Part shown: positions 11,931 to 26,250 of the stretch, in pieces | Layout: every line of letters begins with the position of its first letter | Numbering within the stretch: the stretch's first letter is position 1 | Source of the DNA: Octopus bimaculoides | Taxonomy: Eukaryota | Length of the DNA: 64,000 bases | NCBI RefSeq assembly: GCF_001194135.2 | Contig: NC_069002.1 | Coordinates: 35,222,192-35,286,191, forward strand | Reading direction: 5' to 3' | Translations under genes and position numbers: made by a program | The notes under the pieces: generated by a model | Seen by the model: the letters and a program-made list of their open reading frames with translations, nothing else | What the model was told of the DNA's origin: nothing | The model's database searches: none

Positions 11931-12294
11931 TCGACGTCGTTATTTCTGTCGAGCAATAATAAAAGGAAAGATGTGTTTGGGATTTACTATTCAATACAGG
12001 TCGGCGAGAATGTGCCTCAATGACTGCGCGACGTTCGTATAATTTTTTTATGACAATACGAATATTACTTTAAGAACCTCTTTTACCAAAGCTACCCCTG
12101 AGCCGTTTTAACTAAGTGCTTACAATGTAATGCATTCCTGGGATTATTTGCTTAAGAAAACGTCCGGATGTTCATGACAGGAATGGTCTTCAATTCTGAC
12201 ACTCGATTACATAAACTGTTTACTATTTTCTCATGAACCATTTATTCAGACCCACATGTTACATTTTGTAGTGGTTGATCTTTCGTGTTTTATC

Positions 12295-12675
12295 GTTTAC
12301 TTGTTTCAGACATTTGACAACGGCCATGCTGGGGCATCGCCTTGAAGAACTTTTAGCTGAATGAATCAACCGCAGGACTTTTTAAGCCTAGAACTTATTC
12401 TCTCCGTCTCTTTTACCATACCACCAGGCGACGAGACGAAGACACACCAGCAACAGATAAGCGGTGAAACAAAAATAGACACAAAGGCACACACACCCAT
12501 ATACATATATATATATATATATATTGAGAGAGAGATGACGGCATTTTTTCAGTTTCCGTCAACTAAATGCACTCAGACGAAGGCACTTGCCCAAGGTGTC
12601 ACGCAGTGAGACTGAACCTAGAACATATGTGGTCGAGATGCAAATCTCTTACCACACAGCCACGCTTGCACCTAC
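12295..12675 (-). mobile_element. SINE type B (tRNA/CORE-like)
   Basis: CACTTGCCCAAGGTGTCACGCAGTGAGACTGAACC head and CORE-like block, plus GGCCATGCTGGGGCATCGCC tail. Confidence 0.88.
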
Positions 12676-13234
12676 ATTTTGGCTTTAATTAATTTTAATT
12701 AATTAAAATTTCGGATCTTTTTCTCTTGTAATTAATCCCCACAACCATAGTTGATTATTTAGCAAACTTAACTTTCTACTCAGTTAGGCGGGCGGGTGAA
12801 TTTTAATTAGTATTTATTACTGACAACTGTGTGGGGAAATTAGCCTTATCTTTGCTCTAGTTAGTGAAGGTTAGTCACGGTTAAACTATGACACGCTTCG
12901 TTGAATCGTGGTTAGTCACGATAAGTTACAACAGAACAGACGTGTCGGCAACAACACGCAGCAGTTTAGGTGACACGCAGAGAACTTTTTTAAAAAATGT
13001 ACCCCCAACACTGTTAAATGAGCTTTAGACGGGTGTTTCATATGCGTAACGATTCCTTCTATCCTTCTCCCTGCCTGGTTCTCTCTTCCTCTCTCTCTCT
13101 CTCTCTGAATTGCTCTCTTTCACTTACTCTTTTTCTCTCTCCCTGGGTCTGTATGTCTCTCCCTTTCTCGCTCTCTTTCTCGATATCTCTTCACCTTTCT
13201 CTCTTTCTGCCTCATTTTATTATTTTACTTATCT

Positions 13235-13585
13235 CAGCCATATGGCTGCAGCCATGCTAGAGCACCGCCTTGAAGACTCTTAGTCGAAGAAATTAACACC
13301 AGGATTTATTGTTTTTATCCTAGTATTTATCGGTCTCTTTTGCCGAACCACTAACTTACGGATGCATAACCACACCAACACCGGTAATGAAGCGGAGGTG
13401 GGGGTCAAACACACACACACATATACGCGATAAGTTTCTTTCAGTTTATGTCTATCAAACCCACTCACAAGGCCTTGGTCGGCCGGAGGCTATAGCGAAA
13501 GGCTTGCCCAAAATGTCACGCATTGGGTCTGAACCCTGAACTATGTGGTTAGGAAGCAAGCTTCTTAGCACTCATCCACGCTTAT
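13235..13585 (-). mobile_element. SINE type B (tRNA/CORE-like)
   Basis: GCAGCCATGCTAGAGCACCGCC tail and CACTCACAAGGCCTTGGTCGGCC head. Confidence 0.88.
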
Positions 13586-13589
13586 ATTT

Positions 13590-13970
13590 CACTCTCTCTC
13601 TCTTTCTCCTCTTTCTCTACTTCTCCCCTTTCTCTCTCTTTTTATCTACCTTTCTCTGTGGTTTTCTTTCTCCCTATTCTCTCTCTTTCTATCTACATTT
13701 CTCTCTTTTTCTTTTTCCCCATTCTCTCTCTTTCTATCTACCTTTCTCTCTCCCCTTTCTCTCTCTTTCTATCTACATTTCTCTCTCCCCTTTCTCTCTC
13801 TTTCTATCTACATTTCTCTCTCTTTCTATCTACATTTCTCTCTCTTTCTATCTACATTTCTCTCTCTATCTACATTTCTCTCTCTTTCTATCTACATTTC
13901 TCTCTTTATATCTACATTTCTCTCTTTTTCTTTCTCTTTCCCCATTTCTCTCCTCTGTCTCTCATTCTCT
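13590..13970. repeat. CT-rich minisatellite, unit about 20-22 bp (TCTCTCTTTCTATCTACATT)
   Basis: Repeated CTATCTACATTTCTCTCTC units. These explain ORFs 13543..14121 and 13658..14149. Confidence 0.9.
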
Positions 13971-14854
13971 ATCTCCCTTTGCCTGTTCCCCCTCTGTCCC
14001 TCTCTCTAATATCACACATCCTGCTTTACTCCACCCGTATCAGTCTTTCTCTTCTACACCTCCATTTAAATCTCCCACTAATACTGTCTGCATCAATAGG
14101 TTTTCCTTCGTCTCTATATAATGTAGCCTTCATATTTCCAGCACAGTAACAGAAACCTAAGAAATACTAGCTGTTATTTCTAGCATATTACAGTATAGTA
14201 TAAACGTTCTTACAAGTACCAATCAATACACACTTACCACAACCACATTATCTAATCATTAGCAGTCTATCGCCACTCAATCTTTGCTGATATAAAACAT
14301 ACATACTTATACACATAAAAATTCATATATACATATATGTGTGTGTGTATGTTATGAATACATACACTCACACACATATATATATCGATATATATATATA
14401 TGTATATATTATATACATATGTGTGTGTGTTGTATTATATGTAAAGTAGTAAGCAACGCTGAACAGCAGTCAGTATTCATTTATTCGTCTCTTAGTTTTC
14501 GTTTCGATCAGTTCTTTTAATAACTCCATCGGTCCATCGGAACCAATCAATTCTTCGACACTGATAGCAAGAGAAATATGCGTCGGAGCCCTACCCACCG
14601 CCCGCAAAACAGTGGTCAGAGCAACTCTAACTTTTGGCAATCATAATCTCATTATTCAACAGACTAATTCCACCAGTAGAAATGTAAATTTACCATTTCA
14701 ACAGACATACTTTATGGCATATGTTCTTCAATGCAAATATTTTTATCCTGTCTGATCTCCCCATTTGAACGCTGTCCAACAACACGGATTGTGGTGGAAT
14801 CAATGCTAAGGAAAGCGAAAACATACAAAGAAACATATACACTTACATATGTTT

Positions 14855-14904
<50 letters not shown>

Positions 14905-15214
14905 GTGTATACGAATATATATATATATATATATATCTATATACATATATATGTGTGTACTTCTATCTTTGTATTGTCTTGTCTATCTGCATGCATACAT
15001 AAGTGTGTTTGTGAATGTGTGTGAGTGTGCGCTTGTACAAATTTATAAAGGTGGTAATTTTGGGTCAACATGTCCAAACTCATTCAGCGAATATTTTTTA
15101 TGTTCCAGTCATGGTTTTTACATATCCATATCTCATTGTATGTGATTAGATGAGTGAGTATATAATTTGGAAATAATACATGTAGCTTTCAATATATATA
15201 TGAAATATGTACAG

Positions 15215-15253
<39 letters not shown>

Positions 15254-15299
15254 AACACATATTTGCGCAAAAATATACATACATATACATAACTATAAA

Positions 15300-15372
<73 letters not shown>

Positions 15373-15523
15373 CCTAGCGACAATATAGCCTTTGGATTTT
15401 ACCACTTCTGAAGTTTTCGCTCGCTATGTAACATATGTAGCCCGAATTTTTCCTACTCCATTCCGTAACTCCTGTATGTATGTATGAATGTATGTATACA
15501 TTATATGTGTGTGTGTGTGTATA

Positions 15524-15734
15524 TATTGTGTCATCCGATAAATGCAGCAGTTTTTTTATATACTCTTTTTATACAGTAACCCCATGCCGTATCGCTGTTC
15601 GACTATCATGCATTCAGTAGATCACCGTTTACATATCGTGCACTCAATACATCGCGGGTTTTCTGGCTAATATATGTAAATTTATATCGCGTACTCCTCA
15701 GTGTATCGCAGGTTTCTGCAACCGATAGGTACTG

Positions 15735-15774
<40 letters not shown>

Positions 15775-16714
15775 TTTTAATTATTTCCATGGTAAAATAA
15801 GCATTTTCACGCCTTAAAATTAATAAATGAATAAACAAAAATAGAGTACAGTACTGCACTGTATAACACGTTAAAGATATATTAAAAGAAAATACGTAGT
15901 GTACCGCAGATGAGTAAACAAACAGTCGCACATACTGTTGGGAAACGAAAGTCGGGAGGCGAGTGCGTGGTATTGTTTTGCATTCTTAATAATACATGCA
16001 CATTGCAAAAATGATTTTAAAAATATATACATTACAGTAGTTTTACTTCGCGGATTTTCACCCGCGACAGTGGAAGGGATTACTGCACTTTTATTTTTCA
16101 AAATTAAGAAAAAGAAATTTCTGTTTTAATCTAAAATATACTATCCCTTTTCTAGAATGCTTATTAATCTCTGTGGTAGACCATCAAAGCACCTCTTCCA
16201 AAATCCACTCTACCGTGGCGAAAAATACACTTCCACTACTGTTCTGACCTTGTCTACAGAATTCTTTTTTTCTTTGTTTTTTTTTTTTGCCAAATGATTT
16301 TGAAGGCTGCAGAATAAATGATAATCAGATGGGGAAATATCCAGTGAATATAGATGGTGGGGCATCGTTTCCCATTCAAACTGCTGCAGCATTTAGAATG
16401 CCATACTCAGTGTATGTTGTCGAGCATTATCCTGATGTAAAAACACCTTTCGTATTGAAACTAAAGGTAGTCGTTCTTCTTCTAGCTTGGACTTTAAAGG
16501 CTGGTTAAATGACCAAATCCAAGCTTTTCTGCTCGTTCCTCAACAGTTACGATGGGATTTCATTCCAACAGGCTTTGCCAGATGTTATCGTCGAGCTCTA
16601 CAGTACTTTCAGAACATGGCTTGTCTTCTAGGCTATAGGTTCCGTCTCGGAGTTTCTGGAACCACCGTTGACACTCGCCTCCTCTTATTGTCCGATCCCC
16701 ATATACTGCTTTAA
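15524..16714 (-). mobile_element. Internally deleted mariner element (transposase pseudogene), interrupted by a pogo-like MITE
   Basis: The minus strand gives N-terminal HTH AVYGDRTI...CQRWFQKLRDGTYSLEDKP...VELDDNI, joined to VFLHQDNARQHT...MPHHLYSLDISPSDYHLFCSLQNHL. A TIR-like TATTGTGTCATCCGATAAATGCAG at 15524 matches the TIR at 8458. Confidence 0.88.
15574..16085. mobile_element. pogo/Tigger-like non-autonomous element
   Basis: Ends are TA|CAGTAACCCC and GGGATTACTG, with repeated ATCGCG subterminal motifs. A second copy lies at 33952. Confidence 0.8.
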
Positions 16715-16774
16715 TATTCCGTTATATAGGAGTAAGACCTTGAATTTAGAGGAAGGTTTTAACTAATTTTACCT

Positions 16775-17150
16775 AAACTAATACCTGACTGGTACTTTAT
16801 TTTACTGACACTGTCAGGGGGAAAAGTAATATTGATATCAGAAGGAACTGAACTCAGGAAGTAAAGAGTCGAACCAATTACCGCAACACATTTTCTTTGA
16901 GGCGCTAACGATTCAATCATCTCACCAGTGTGACAACAACGGTATTCGTAAATATTTCCTGATTTAGACACAAGACCAGCAATTTTGAGAGAAAGATATG
17001 ATTAGCGTAAACTAATTTCGAATTTTGCCACAAGGCTAGCAATTCCAGAGGAGAGAATAATCAGATTACATCGACCATAGTGGACATCTGCTGCATATTT
17101 TATAGACCTCCAAAGGATGAGAGGCAAGTCGATCCATGCGGCATTTCAAC
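16775..17150 (-). mobile_element. Two decayed SINE type A remnants
   Basis: GACTGGTACTTTATTTT, GAACTCAG, GCTAACGATTC; then TTTGCCACAAGGCTAGCAATT and GATTACATCGACC. Confidence 0.7.
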
Positions 17151-17919
17151 TTTAGTTAAAACCTTCCTCTAAATTCAAGCTCTTACTCCTATATAACAAT
17201 CAATTATTGTTGCTTTTTTTTTTTTCACGGAATCATCAAAACGGTGACAGCAACAACTGTAGAAGCATTTATTAGGCATTACCTGCGAAGATATTCCTTA
17301 TCGAATATAAATATTTTGAATTACCTACATTTCTCAATTGTATGATATTTGCCTACTACGTGCAACAAATCCAACAATTCTAATATGAATTTATGTCTTT
17401 TTTTCTATAGGAATGGGTTTTTCTGGCGTCGATTCGTATTGATGAGTTTGGTTGCTTCAAATTCCTATATTAATCCATCTCTTTACGATCAATAACAAAC
17501 GTACGAAAACTGCTCTGGCACTCAGCAGAATCAGTCAAATTCCTCTCTAAAATACGCCAATAACCTTCTGCCAATATAAGGAATTATTATTACAGAAAAC
17601 CGTCCACATTGCACGGTGACAGAATACATCCGCAGCGGGAGAAAACTTGAACGTGCCTTCAATGCTAAATCAACAGAATCCTTACATCTGATGGCCACTT
17701 CCACTTTCATTAATAGAAATATGATGTATTAAGACATCTTCTTTATTTCTCCTTTCCTTGGTTGGAAACCGACAATAATCTTCCTCTTCCTAATTTCATT
17801 TTGTGTATATTTCTTCATTTCTGTGAGTGTGTGCAAACGGCGATTTCAGAGGACATATTTTACAACAGGAATTATCCATTCGTAGACGAAAATTCTTTTT
17901 ATCGTATTCTTTTATATAA

Positions 17920-17958
<39 letters not shown>

Positions 17959-18864
17959 ACATGTAAATGGTACGAATGATAAAATAACGTGTTATTTAAC
18001 TATCATATGTAGAAAAAAAAATAATATGCCTGGAAGGAAACCTGAGTAAAACAAAAATATTTTGTCTACGTCTGTAAAAGCTCTGTAGAAGTAAGGATAG
18101 ACAAACCATTAAAAAAAAACCCAACCCCTATGATAACAGCAAGAACAGCAAAGTAAAAGAAAAATATATAAGGAATTGAGGGAAAAGAAGCTGAAGCATC
18201 ATAGAAAGGAATATAAGATTTGATGTGTATTTGGCTAGCGTATAAATAACTGTGTTTATCTGCTCTAATATGAATAGTTGTCAAATAACTGATCTTCCGT
18301 TAGACAACTGAGAATGTTGCGAAGTAAAGCAAAACAAAAACTATACAAATACTGTTATATAAATAATAAATAAAACAGGCAACTTAATGTATATATTTTA
18401 CTTCTGCGGTATATGAGAATACGCTTTTATATGTATAGATGTATGTTTGTGTGGTTACAAATATAAACATATATATGTACGTGTATGCATATATACAGAC
18501 TGATATACACGCAAAAATTATAAATACGTAGATATTTGTATTTAGGCAGACTCAGAAATATATGTTTTTGTACATATTGAGGTATAAAGAAATGTGTATC
18601 TTTGTGCGAATAAGTATTCAAATACATATATATATGTGTGTTTGTGGGTGAGTATGTGTGTGTGAGTGTGTGTGTGTGTTTTGGAAAGAAATATACACAC
18701 ATATGTTTGTATGCATGCATATATTTATATGTTCCACTTACAATGACATTTATATAAATAAAAGGTTACGTTTTTTTATATCTTCCAATACAAAGTGTAA
18801 AAAACAGTAACTTGTACATTTAACATACAAATGTGTATGTGTATATAAGTACATAAACAAAAAT

Positions 18865-18946
<82 letters not shown>

Positions 18947-19101
18947 NNNNNNNNNNNNNNNNNNNNNNNNNNNNNNNNNNNNNNNNNNNNNNNNNNNNNN
19001 NNNNNNNNNNNNNNNNNNNNNNNNNNNNNNNNNNNNNNNNNNNNNNNNNNNNNNNNNNNNNNNNNNNNNNNNNNNNNNNNNNNNNNNNNNNNNNNNNNNN
19101 N

Positions 19102-19135
<34 letters not shown>

Positions 19136-19611
19136 TATATGTTTGTACATAAGTATATAAGTATTGATATTGATATGCCTGTTTGAGTGCGATTGAGAGT
19201 TTCAGTGATTGAATGTGTGTGGTCCATGATTGGAAAATTGACAGCAATTTATAACTTGATATTGTCACCAGACTAAAAAGACCACGCATCAAGTATCGAA
19301 TTATTATTTCCCATAATGTTTTGTTGTTCTTTTTTTTTGTTTTGCTATAATCTTAGTTTTATTCTCCAAATTGCATCACCACCACGCCAATGGTAGCATT
19401 AACACCGCTACCACTACCACCACCAGACAACTACCACCACTACTGGTTGTGGTGGATAGCAGAGCAGTGGTCGATAATTCGACAGGTATATGAAATGGTG
19501 AATATAATAATTTAATTATGATAGTTTGAAGACCAATAAATTGGTATATAATTTATTTTTAATGCCTTGAGTTTCAGAAACAATTAACTCAGTAGTAGTA
19601 GTAGTAGTAGT

Positions 19612-19835
19612 AGTTCTTTCATTGCGTTTGCTATCAATCAAGTTATCACCATTCAGCTTAAATCCACAACGGTTCTTCGCGCGCCTTACGTACTCTTCTC
19701 TCATCGTCCTCTACTATATTTTTGCATTGTAATTTGGTTCTGTTGTATTCCTAAAATAGTTATACCCACCGAGGTTCACTTTCTTCGTAGGTGTACCATC
19801 AGGGTGTTCAATACTTCTGATATTCCACTATCCTA
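19612..19835 (-). mobile_element. LINE reverse-transcriptase fragment, R4/Dong-like
   Basis: Frameshifted HPDGTPTKKVNLGGYNYLGIQQ...EEYVRRAKNRCGFKLNGDNLI resembles the YKYLG...EY.RR...LN..N.I segment of R4-clade RTs (family call from memory). Confidence 0.6.
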
Positions 19836-21435
19836 CCCCTCCTCATCTTCTGAATAACACTGCTACTACCATTTAGTGAGGTTGATTGCCAGAATAGTTA
19901 AGCAACATTTAGCGCAGATTATTCTACCATTCGTTTAAATCCTACCGAGATGAACTTTATTTTATCGGCCCTGAATGGTTGAAATACAAAATACATAACG
20001 TATAATCAATGTTCAGGGGTCAACAGTATTGTCTGACCCTCTGCCATCATAAACGTGGCTTGTGTCTAAATTAGAAACAAGGCGTTCAAATAATATTTTT
20101 GAAAATTAGCTTACATAAATTAGATATTGATGCTTGTATGATACTAATTAACTTACGTATGGAAGAAAGTATAACTAAATATTTTTCAATATGTATTTAT
20201 TTAGTAGTTTCTCAAAATATGTGGAGACAGGGTATCTAAAAGAGAAAGTAGTAATCATATTTTTGGTAATGAGGTATTTTTCTTCGTTTTGCTTTTTAGA
20301 TATAAATAAACTAATCTATTTGTTTTCATCGAGTTCTATTTAATTCTTTCCTTTTTAACTTTGGTACTTCTTATAAATTTTGATATGAACTGCGTGATAG
20401 GAGTAAGTAGACCTGTGTATGATTGTGTCTAGAGAAACGAGTCTGTATTTGTGTACCGACGAATTGAAATAGAATTGAAGATTTCGTTTGATTGGACCAA
20501 GTAATCTTAAGAATTTTCAAGAAAAATTTATTTTTAACATTAACAGACATTTTTTTTATTCTTACGTTCATCTGTGTATCCATGAGAATGTTACGTACTT
20601 TATATATGAAGAACTTACTTTCAAAACCAGATATATGCATCGGAATGACTTTTTAGTAATTGTTTAAAACAACTTGAGTAAATCTGATTTTGATTGCAAG
20701 ACTAAGATTAGCCTTCTGTCTACATGGCATTTATCCCAGTTTGACTGGAAACAAATGCATGTGTATGAAGCCAGTAGCTTGTATATTGTGTTTAATGGTT
20801 ATCGTGAAATCGTCCAAATATACACTTATACTGGGTTTTCAAAGCTCCTCATATTGTCTATAGAAAAAAATCTGAACATTAACAAAAATTTAATTCCAAG
20901 AGGAATAATATAAGTTGAACATCTAGAGCTTTGTTTCCGATTGAGGATAGGGTGATGAAAGGTAACTACACGTTTCTATAAAGCAGGTGATAATTACGTA
21001 TATATTTGCATTTTTGGAAACAAATACCTTGCTTGTGAGTTGCTGTTTAGCATAACTTTTTATTAGAAGAATAAGCTTTCATAAAATTTAAAATTCTAAA
21101 ACCCTTATGGATGCATACGTTAATAAAAATGATGGTTATTAAGCCGAAACTATAGAGGTTTTATAAAAAGAATGTATTGGGTGTTCATTCAATTTAATGT
21201 TCCGCTGTTTTACTTATAAACGTACATGAAACAAAAGATTAAGCGTTACTCGGGCACTCAACTATGAGTTCACAGTATCTTATAGGAGAAACAGACGAAG
21301 ATAATGACGTTCATAGGATAATCGCTTGTTCCTTTGTTCATTTCATTTTCTCATTACCAGTCTCTACTCGACTAACGCTTCTCCTTAAGCATGCATATAC
21401 TGAGTTCTACAACAGGTTATTAGTTTGTGTCTAAG

Positions 21436-21472
<37 letters not shown>

Positions 21473-23199
21473 CACAACCAATTTCATTAGCATCCCGGTT
21501 TTAGTCCCCAACAACTTTAACTTCTTGCATACTTTCAGCTCACAGCAACATCATATCTCCTCCATTATTTAAGTATTACGTGTCAAAAGTGAAACAGAAA
21601 CACTGTCATTCGAACCGGAATCTCAAAAATATTGTCATCTTACATCTCATTCTCATTTAAGTACCACGACAGGCAAATAAANNNNNNNNNNNNNNNNNNN
21701 NNNNNNNNNNNNNNNNNNNNNNNNNNNNNNNNNNNNNNNNNNNNNNNNNNNNNNNNNNNNNNNNNNNNNNNNNNNNNNNNNNNNNNNNNNNNNNNNNNNN
21801 NNNNNNNNNNNNNNNNNNNNNNNNNNNNNNNNNNNNNNNNNNNNNNNNNNNNNNNNNNNNNNNNNNNNNNNNNNNNNNNNNNNNNNNNNNNNNNNNNNNN
21901 NNNNNNNNNNNNNNNNNNNNNNNNNNNNNNNNNNNNNNNNNNNNNNNNNNNNNNNNNNNNNNNNNNNNNNNNNNNNNNNNNNNNNNNNNNNNNNNNNNNN
22001 NNNNNNNNNNNNNNNNNNNNNNNNNNNNNNNNNNNNNNNNNNNNNNNNNNNNNNNNNNNNNNNNNNNNNNNNNNNNNNNNNNNNNNNNNNNNNNNNNNNN
22101 NNNNNNNNNNNNNNNNNNNNNNNNNNNNNNNNNNNNNNNNNNNNNNNNNNNNNNNNNNNNNNNNNNNNNNNNNNNNNNNNNNNNNNNNNNNNNNNNNNNN
22201 NNNNNNNNNNNNNNNNNNNNNNNNNNNNNNNNNNNNNNNNNNNNNNNNNNNNNNNNNNNNNNNNNNNNNNNNNNNNNNNNNNNNNNNNNNNNNNNNNNNN
22301 NNNNNNNNNNNNNNNNNNNNNNNNNNNNNNNNNNNNNNNNNNNNNNNNNNNNNNNNNNNNNNNNNNNNNNNNNNNNNNNNNNNNNNNNNTATATGTATGT
22401 ATGTATGTATGTGTGTGTGTGTGTGTGTGTGTGCATGCATGGTTGTGTAGATGTGTACTTAGTATCTGTACGCAAAAGAACAGTTATTGTGCTTAAGCGC
22501 TACTTCCTGCATGCATTTGTGTATTTCTGTCTATGTACGTTTCTGTGTATGCATATGTATATAAACACTTGTATGCCTAAATATTTGAAGACCTTACCTG
22601 TGAAAATATATTATGAGATCGTAAACACATTCACGTCTAATATATTTAGACGTGAATAAGGAGACGACGGGAAGACTCTCTATGGCTTCATTCCCCAGAT
22701 AATTTTTCACAAATCAGAGCTAACATTGTAAATACGTTTTCCCGAAACAAATCTATGCAATCTTCAGCAGCCTCTTTATACCTTTCTCAGAGATGAAGTT
22801 AATATGACACTTGATAGCAGAATTAGAAAACGGGTGGCCTTCGTTAACCAAATAATATATATTTTATGTAAAACTTATGCAGAACACAAGCTTTTAGTAA
22901 ATATTTGAAAAAGCTCAGTCGAGAGAATTATTAGAATTAAAAAGCGTTCGAGCTTTATATTTAATGTGCTGGTAAAAAAAGAAGTGTGAAGTATCGTGAG
23001 ATTACCGATTAAAATTAAGCTATCCACTGGAACTCTACCATATATATTGGAGTTTTATCTAATTTTTTTCTCTAGGGAAAACATACTTTAGAACTCTTCC
23101 TACGACGGAGCACACACATTAATACGCTTTTATCTAGTATAGCCCTCATTCTTTCTCCGTACATCCAGGTAATAGCTAACTAGTTAAACAGATAGATGG

Positions 23200-23783
23200 A
23201 TATATATATAGATAGATCGACAGAGAGAGGGAGTCAGGCAAAATGAATTAACGGACAGGCAGAATGATTGACATACTGATGGAATAGATACACAGACAGA
23301 GAGAAGAGACATACAGACAGATAGACAGAGAAGAGAAAGAGAAAGAGAGAGAGACAGACTGAGAGAAGAGAAAGAGAGATAGAGACAGAAGAGAAAGAGA
23401 GTGAGACAGACAGAAGAAAAAGAAAGTGAGACAGACAAAAGAAAGAGAGTGAAACAGACAGAAGTGACAGACAGAAGATAAAGAGAGAGACAGACAGAAG
23501 ATAAAGAGAGAGACAGACAGACAGAAGAGAAAAAGAGAGAGAGACAGACAGGCAGACAGAGGAGAAAGAGAGACAGACGGACAGAAAAGAAAGAGAGGCA
23601 CAGACAGAAGAGAAAGAGACACAGACAGACAGAAGAGAAAGGGAGACGGACAGAAGAGAAAGGGAGACGGACAGAAGAGAACGAGAGACAGACAAACAGA
23701 AGAGAAAGAAAGAGAGAGTGGGGCAGACATAAGAGAGACAGAGGAACAGAGAGAGATAGGCAGATATAGATACACAGGCAGAC

Positions 23784-23822
<39 letters not shown>

Positions 23823-23825
23823 TAG
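23200..23825. repeat. AG/AGAC-rich compound microsatellite ending in (GATA)n
   Basis: Interleaved GACA, GAGA and GAAA units. These explain three minus-strand ORFs. Confidence 0.93.
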
Positions 23826-25141
23826 AAGCCAAATTCATAGCTTATATTGAATCCGAATATTAACAAGGTGATAAATATATGGTAGCTCTGATGCGCTTTT
23901 TGACAACTATCTCCTCGCTCGTAAAATATTTTACTGCGGCTGCTCTTATTACATCTCAAAATACAATTATTATTTTCATTACTATGTTTGTATACTTTTG
24001 TTGGTGTTGTTACTCTTGTAGTTGTTATTTTCATTCTAGCAAAATCTTTATAGTATACGTCTTTTGAAACGGAACTATAACCAGATATAAGTGAAAATAA
24101 CCAGTAGAGAATCGTAAAAATCTGTCTCTATGAATATATGTATAAGTGCATTTATATGTATAAATATATGTGAAGGCATATATATGTGTGTGCACGTATG
24201 TATTTGCGTGTATATACATATATATATATAAACATATATACACACACACATATATATGCATATATATACACGTACATATGCATGTAGTATGCAAACCATA
24301 CATCAATATATGTACATATATAGATATATATATACAAGCATATACACCTATATATAACTACAAGCATACACACATACACATGTATATATAGAGATATATA
24401 TATCGAAACTGGCTATATATATGTCTATATACATATTTATATATATATACATATATACCAACATATATATATATGTGTGCATATATACATATATAAACAT
24501 ATATACCAATACATGTATATATGTATACGTATATGGGTGTGTGTGTGTGTGTGCGTGCCACTGTGCATGTGTTTATGTGCATGTGTGTGTGCGCGTGAAT
24601 GTATACATTTTATGATACTTCAAAAACATATATAGAAATAGCAGACTTTAAACTGTATGAAGGAGAAAACATTTTACTGTTGATAATTTTCGTTTTATAT
24701 CTTATTTCTTTCATTTTTATTCTAGTATATTTATTCATGGCATATATTCTGACATAAAATTCCATTTATATATATGCGTTTTATTTTTTATCTTTTTGTT
24801 TGACTAATGATATAAGTCTATGGACATGAAGAGATAATCTAAATTGTGGTGAAAACATTTAAATTTAAGCGAGTTCTCTGAACGTTCTTTGCTAGCTAAG
24901 CACACTAAATTGTATTCTGAGTATTTTCGAATATAGCTTCTTCTGTCAAGAACTGATTTCTTCAAAAGATAACTGTATTATCTCGAGGGAATAATGAAAA
25001 GAAATTTATAGCTTTAACACTACAAATTTAGGTTCCGTATGACCATATACTCTGCGTAAAGGTACCGACAGACATACTCACAGAGATATGCTTAGCGTTT
25101 CAGTGCGTGCATACATTTAAGAACATAGATATTACATAAAG

Positions 25142-25176
<35 letters not shown>

Positions 25177-25715
25177 CATGCACACACATGTATATGTTTG
25201 TGTGTGTGCGTATGTGTGTATATATGCGTGTGCGCGAAAGAGACATGGAGAGACAGTGAGAGATGTAATTATTAATTATGTGCATTTTTGGTAAAACAGA
25301 GACGTAGCTCTTGAAATCTATATTTTGACCTAAGTGTATTCACTTAAAGAGGTCCCTCACGTAATATCCTTCATCTGTATCTTTTTTCGTTCCTTGTTTA
25401 TCAAGATACATCTAAGCGTATATNNNNNNNNNNNNNNNNNNNNNNNNNNNNNNNNNNNNNNNNNNNNNNNNNNNNNNNNNNNNNNNNNNNNNNNNNNNNN
25501 NNNNNNNNNNNNNNNNNNNNNNNNNNNNNNNNNNNNNNNNNNNNNNNNNNNNNNNNNNNNNNNNNNNNNNNNNNNNNNNNNNNNNNNNNNNNNNNNNNNN
25601 NNNNNNNNNNNNNNNNNNNNNNNNNNNNNNNNNNNNNNNNNNNNNNNNNNNNNNNNNNNNNNNNNNNNNNNNNNNNNNNNNNNNNNNNNNNNNNNNNNNN
25701 NNNNNNNNNNNNNNN

Positions 25716-25755
<40 letters not shown>

Positions 25756-26250
25756 CTATTCTACTGGTGCATATTCATACGCAAGCGTGATTGGTGTGCA
25801 TTGAACATTTCGAATCAGTCGCTACAAAAACAAAAGGTCTGAGACATTACGAAACTTCATTTCTTAAGAATTCTAAATTTTCCCTTTTAACGGCAATCAA
25901 ACTTTTATTTCGCCTGATATGTTGCAAAGATTATTTTGCCACTCTGTCGAGTTTAAGTACGTAGGTATCTTCTCCTGTACGGCAGCTAGACAAACTGTGT
26001 TAGTAATTCGCTGTTTTCGCTGTTATTCAATTGATTGCTCTGCTTCGGGAAAAATGTTACACTTGATTACACAAGGAGCATTTGAAATATCAAAAATCGC
26101 CAAACCACACGTACCACTATAAATGTAAGTGTGTGTGCGAGTGTGTGTAAGTGCGTGTACTTGTGTTTTTGTGTGTGTGTGCTAATGTGTTCTAGTATGT
26201 GTGTTTCTTTAACTTACGTGTGTTTGTGCATATATGTGTATATACGAATG

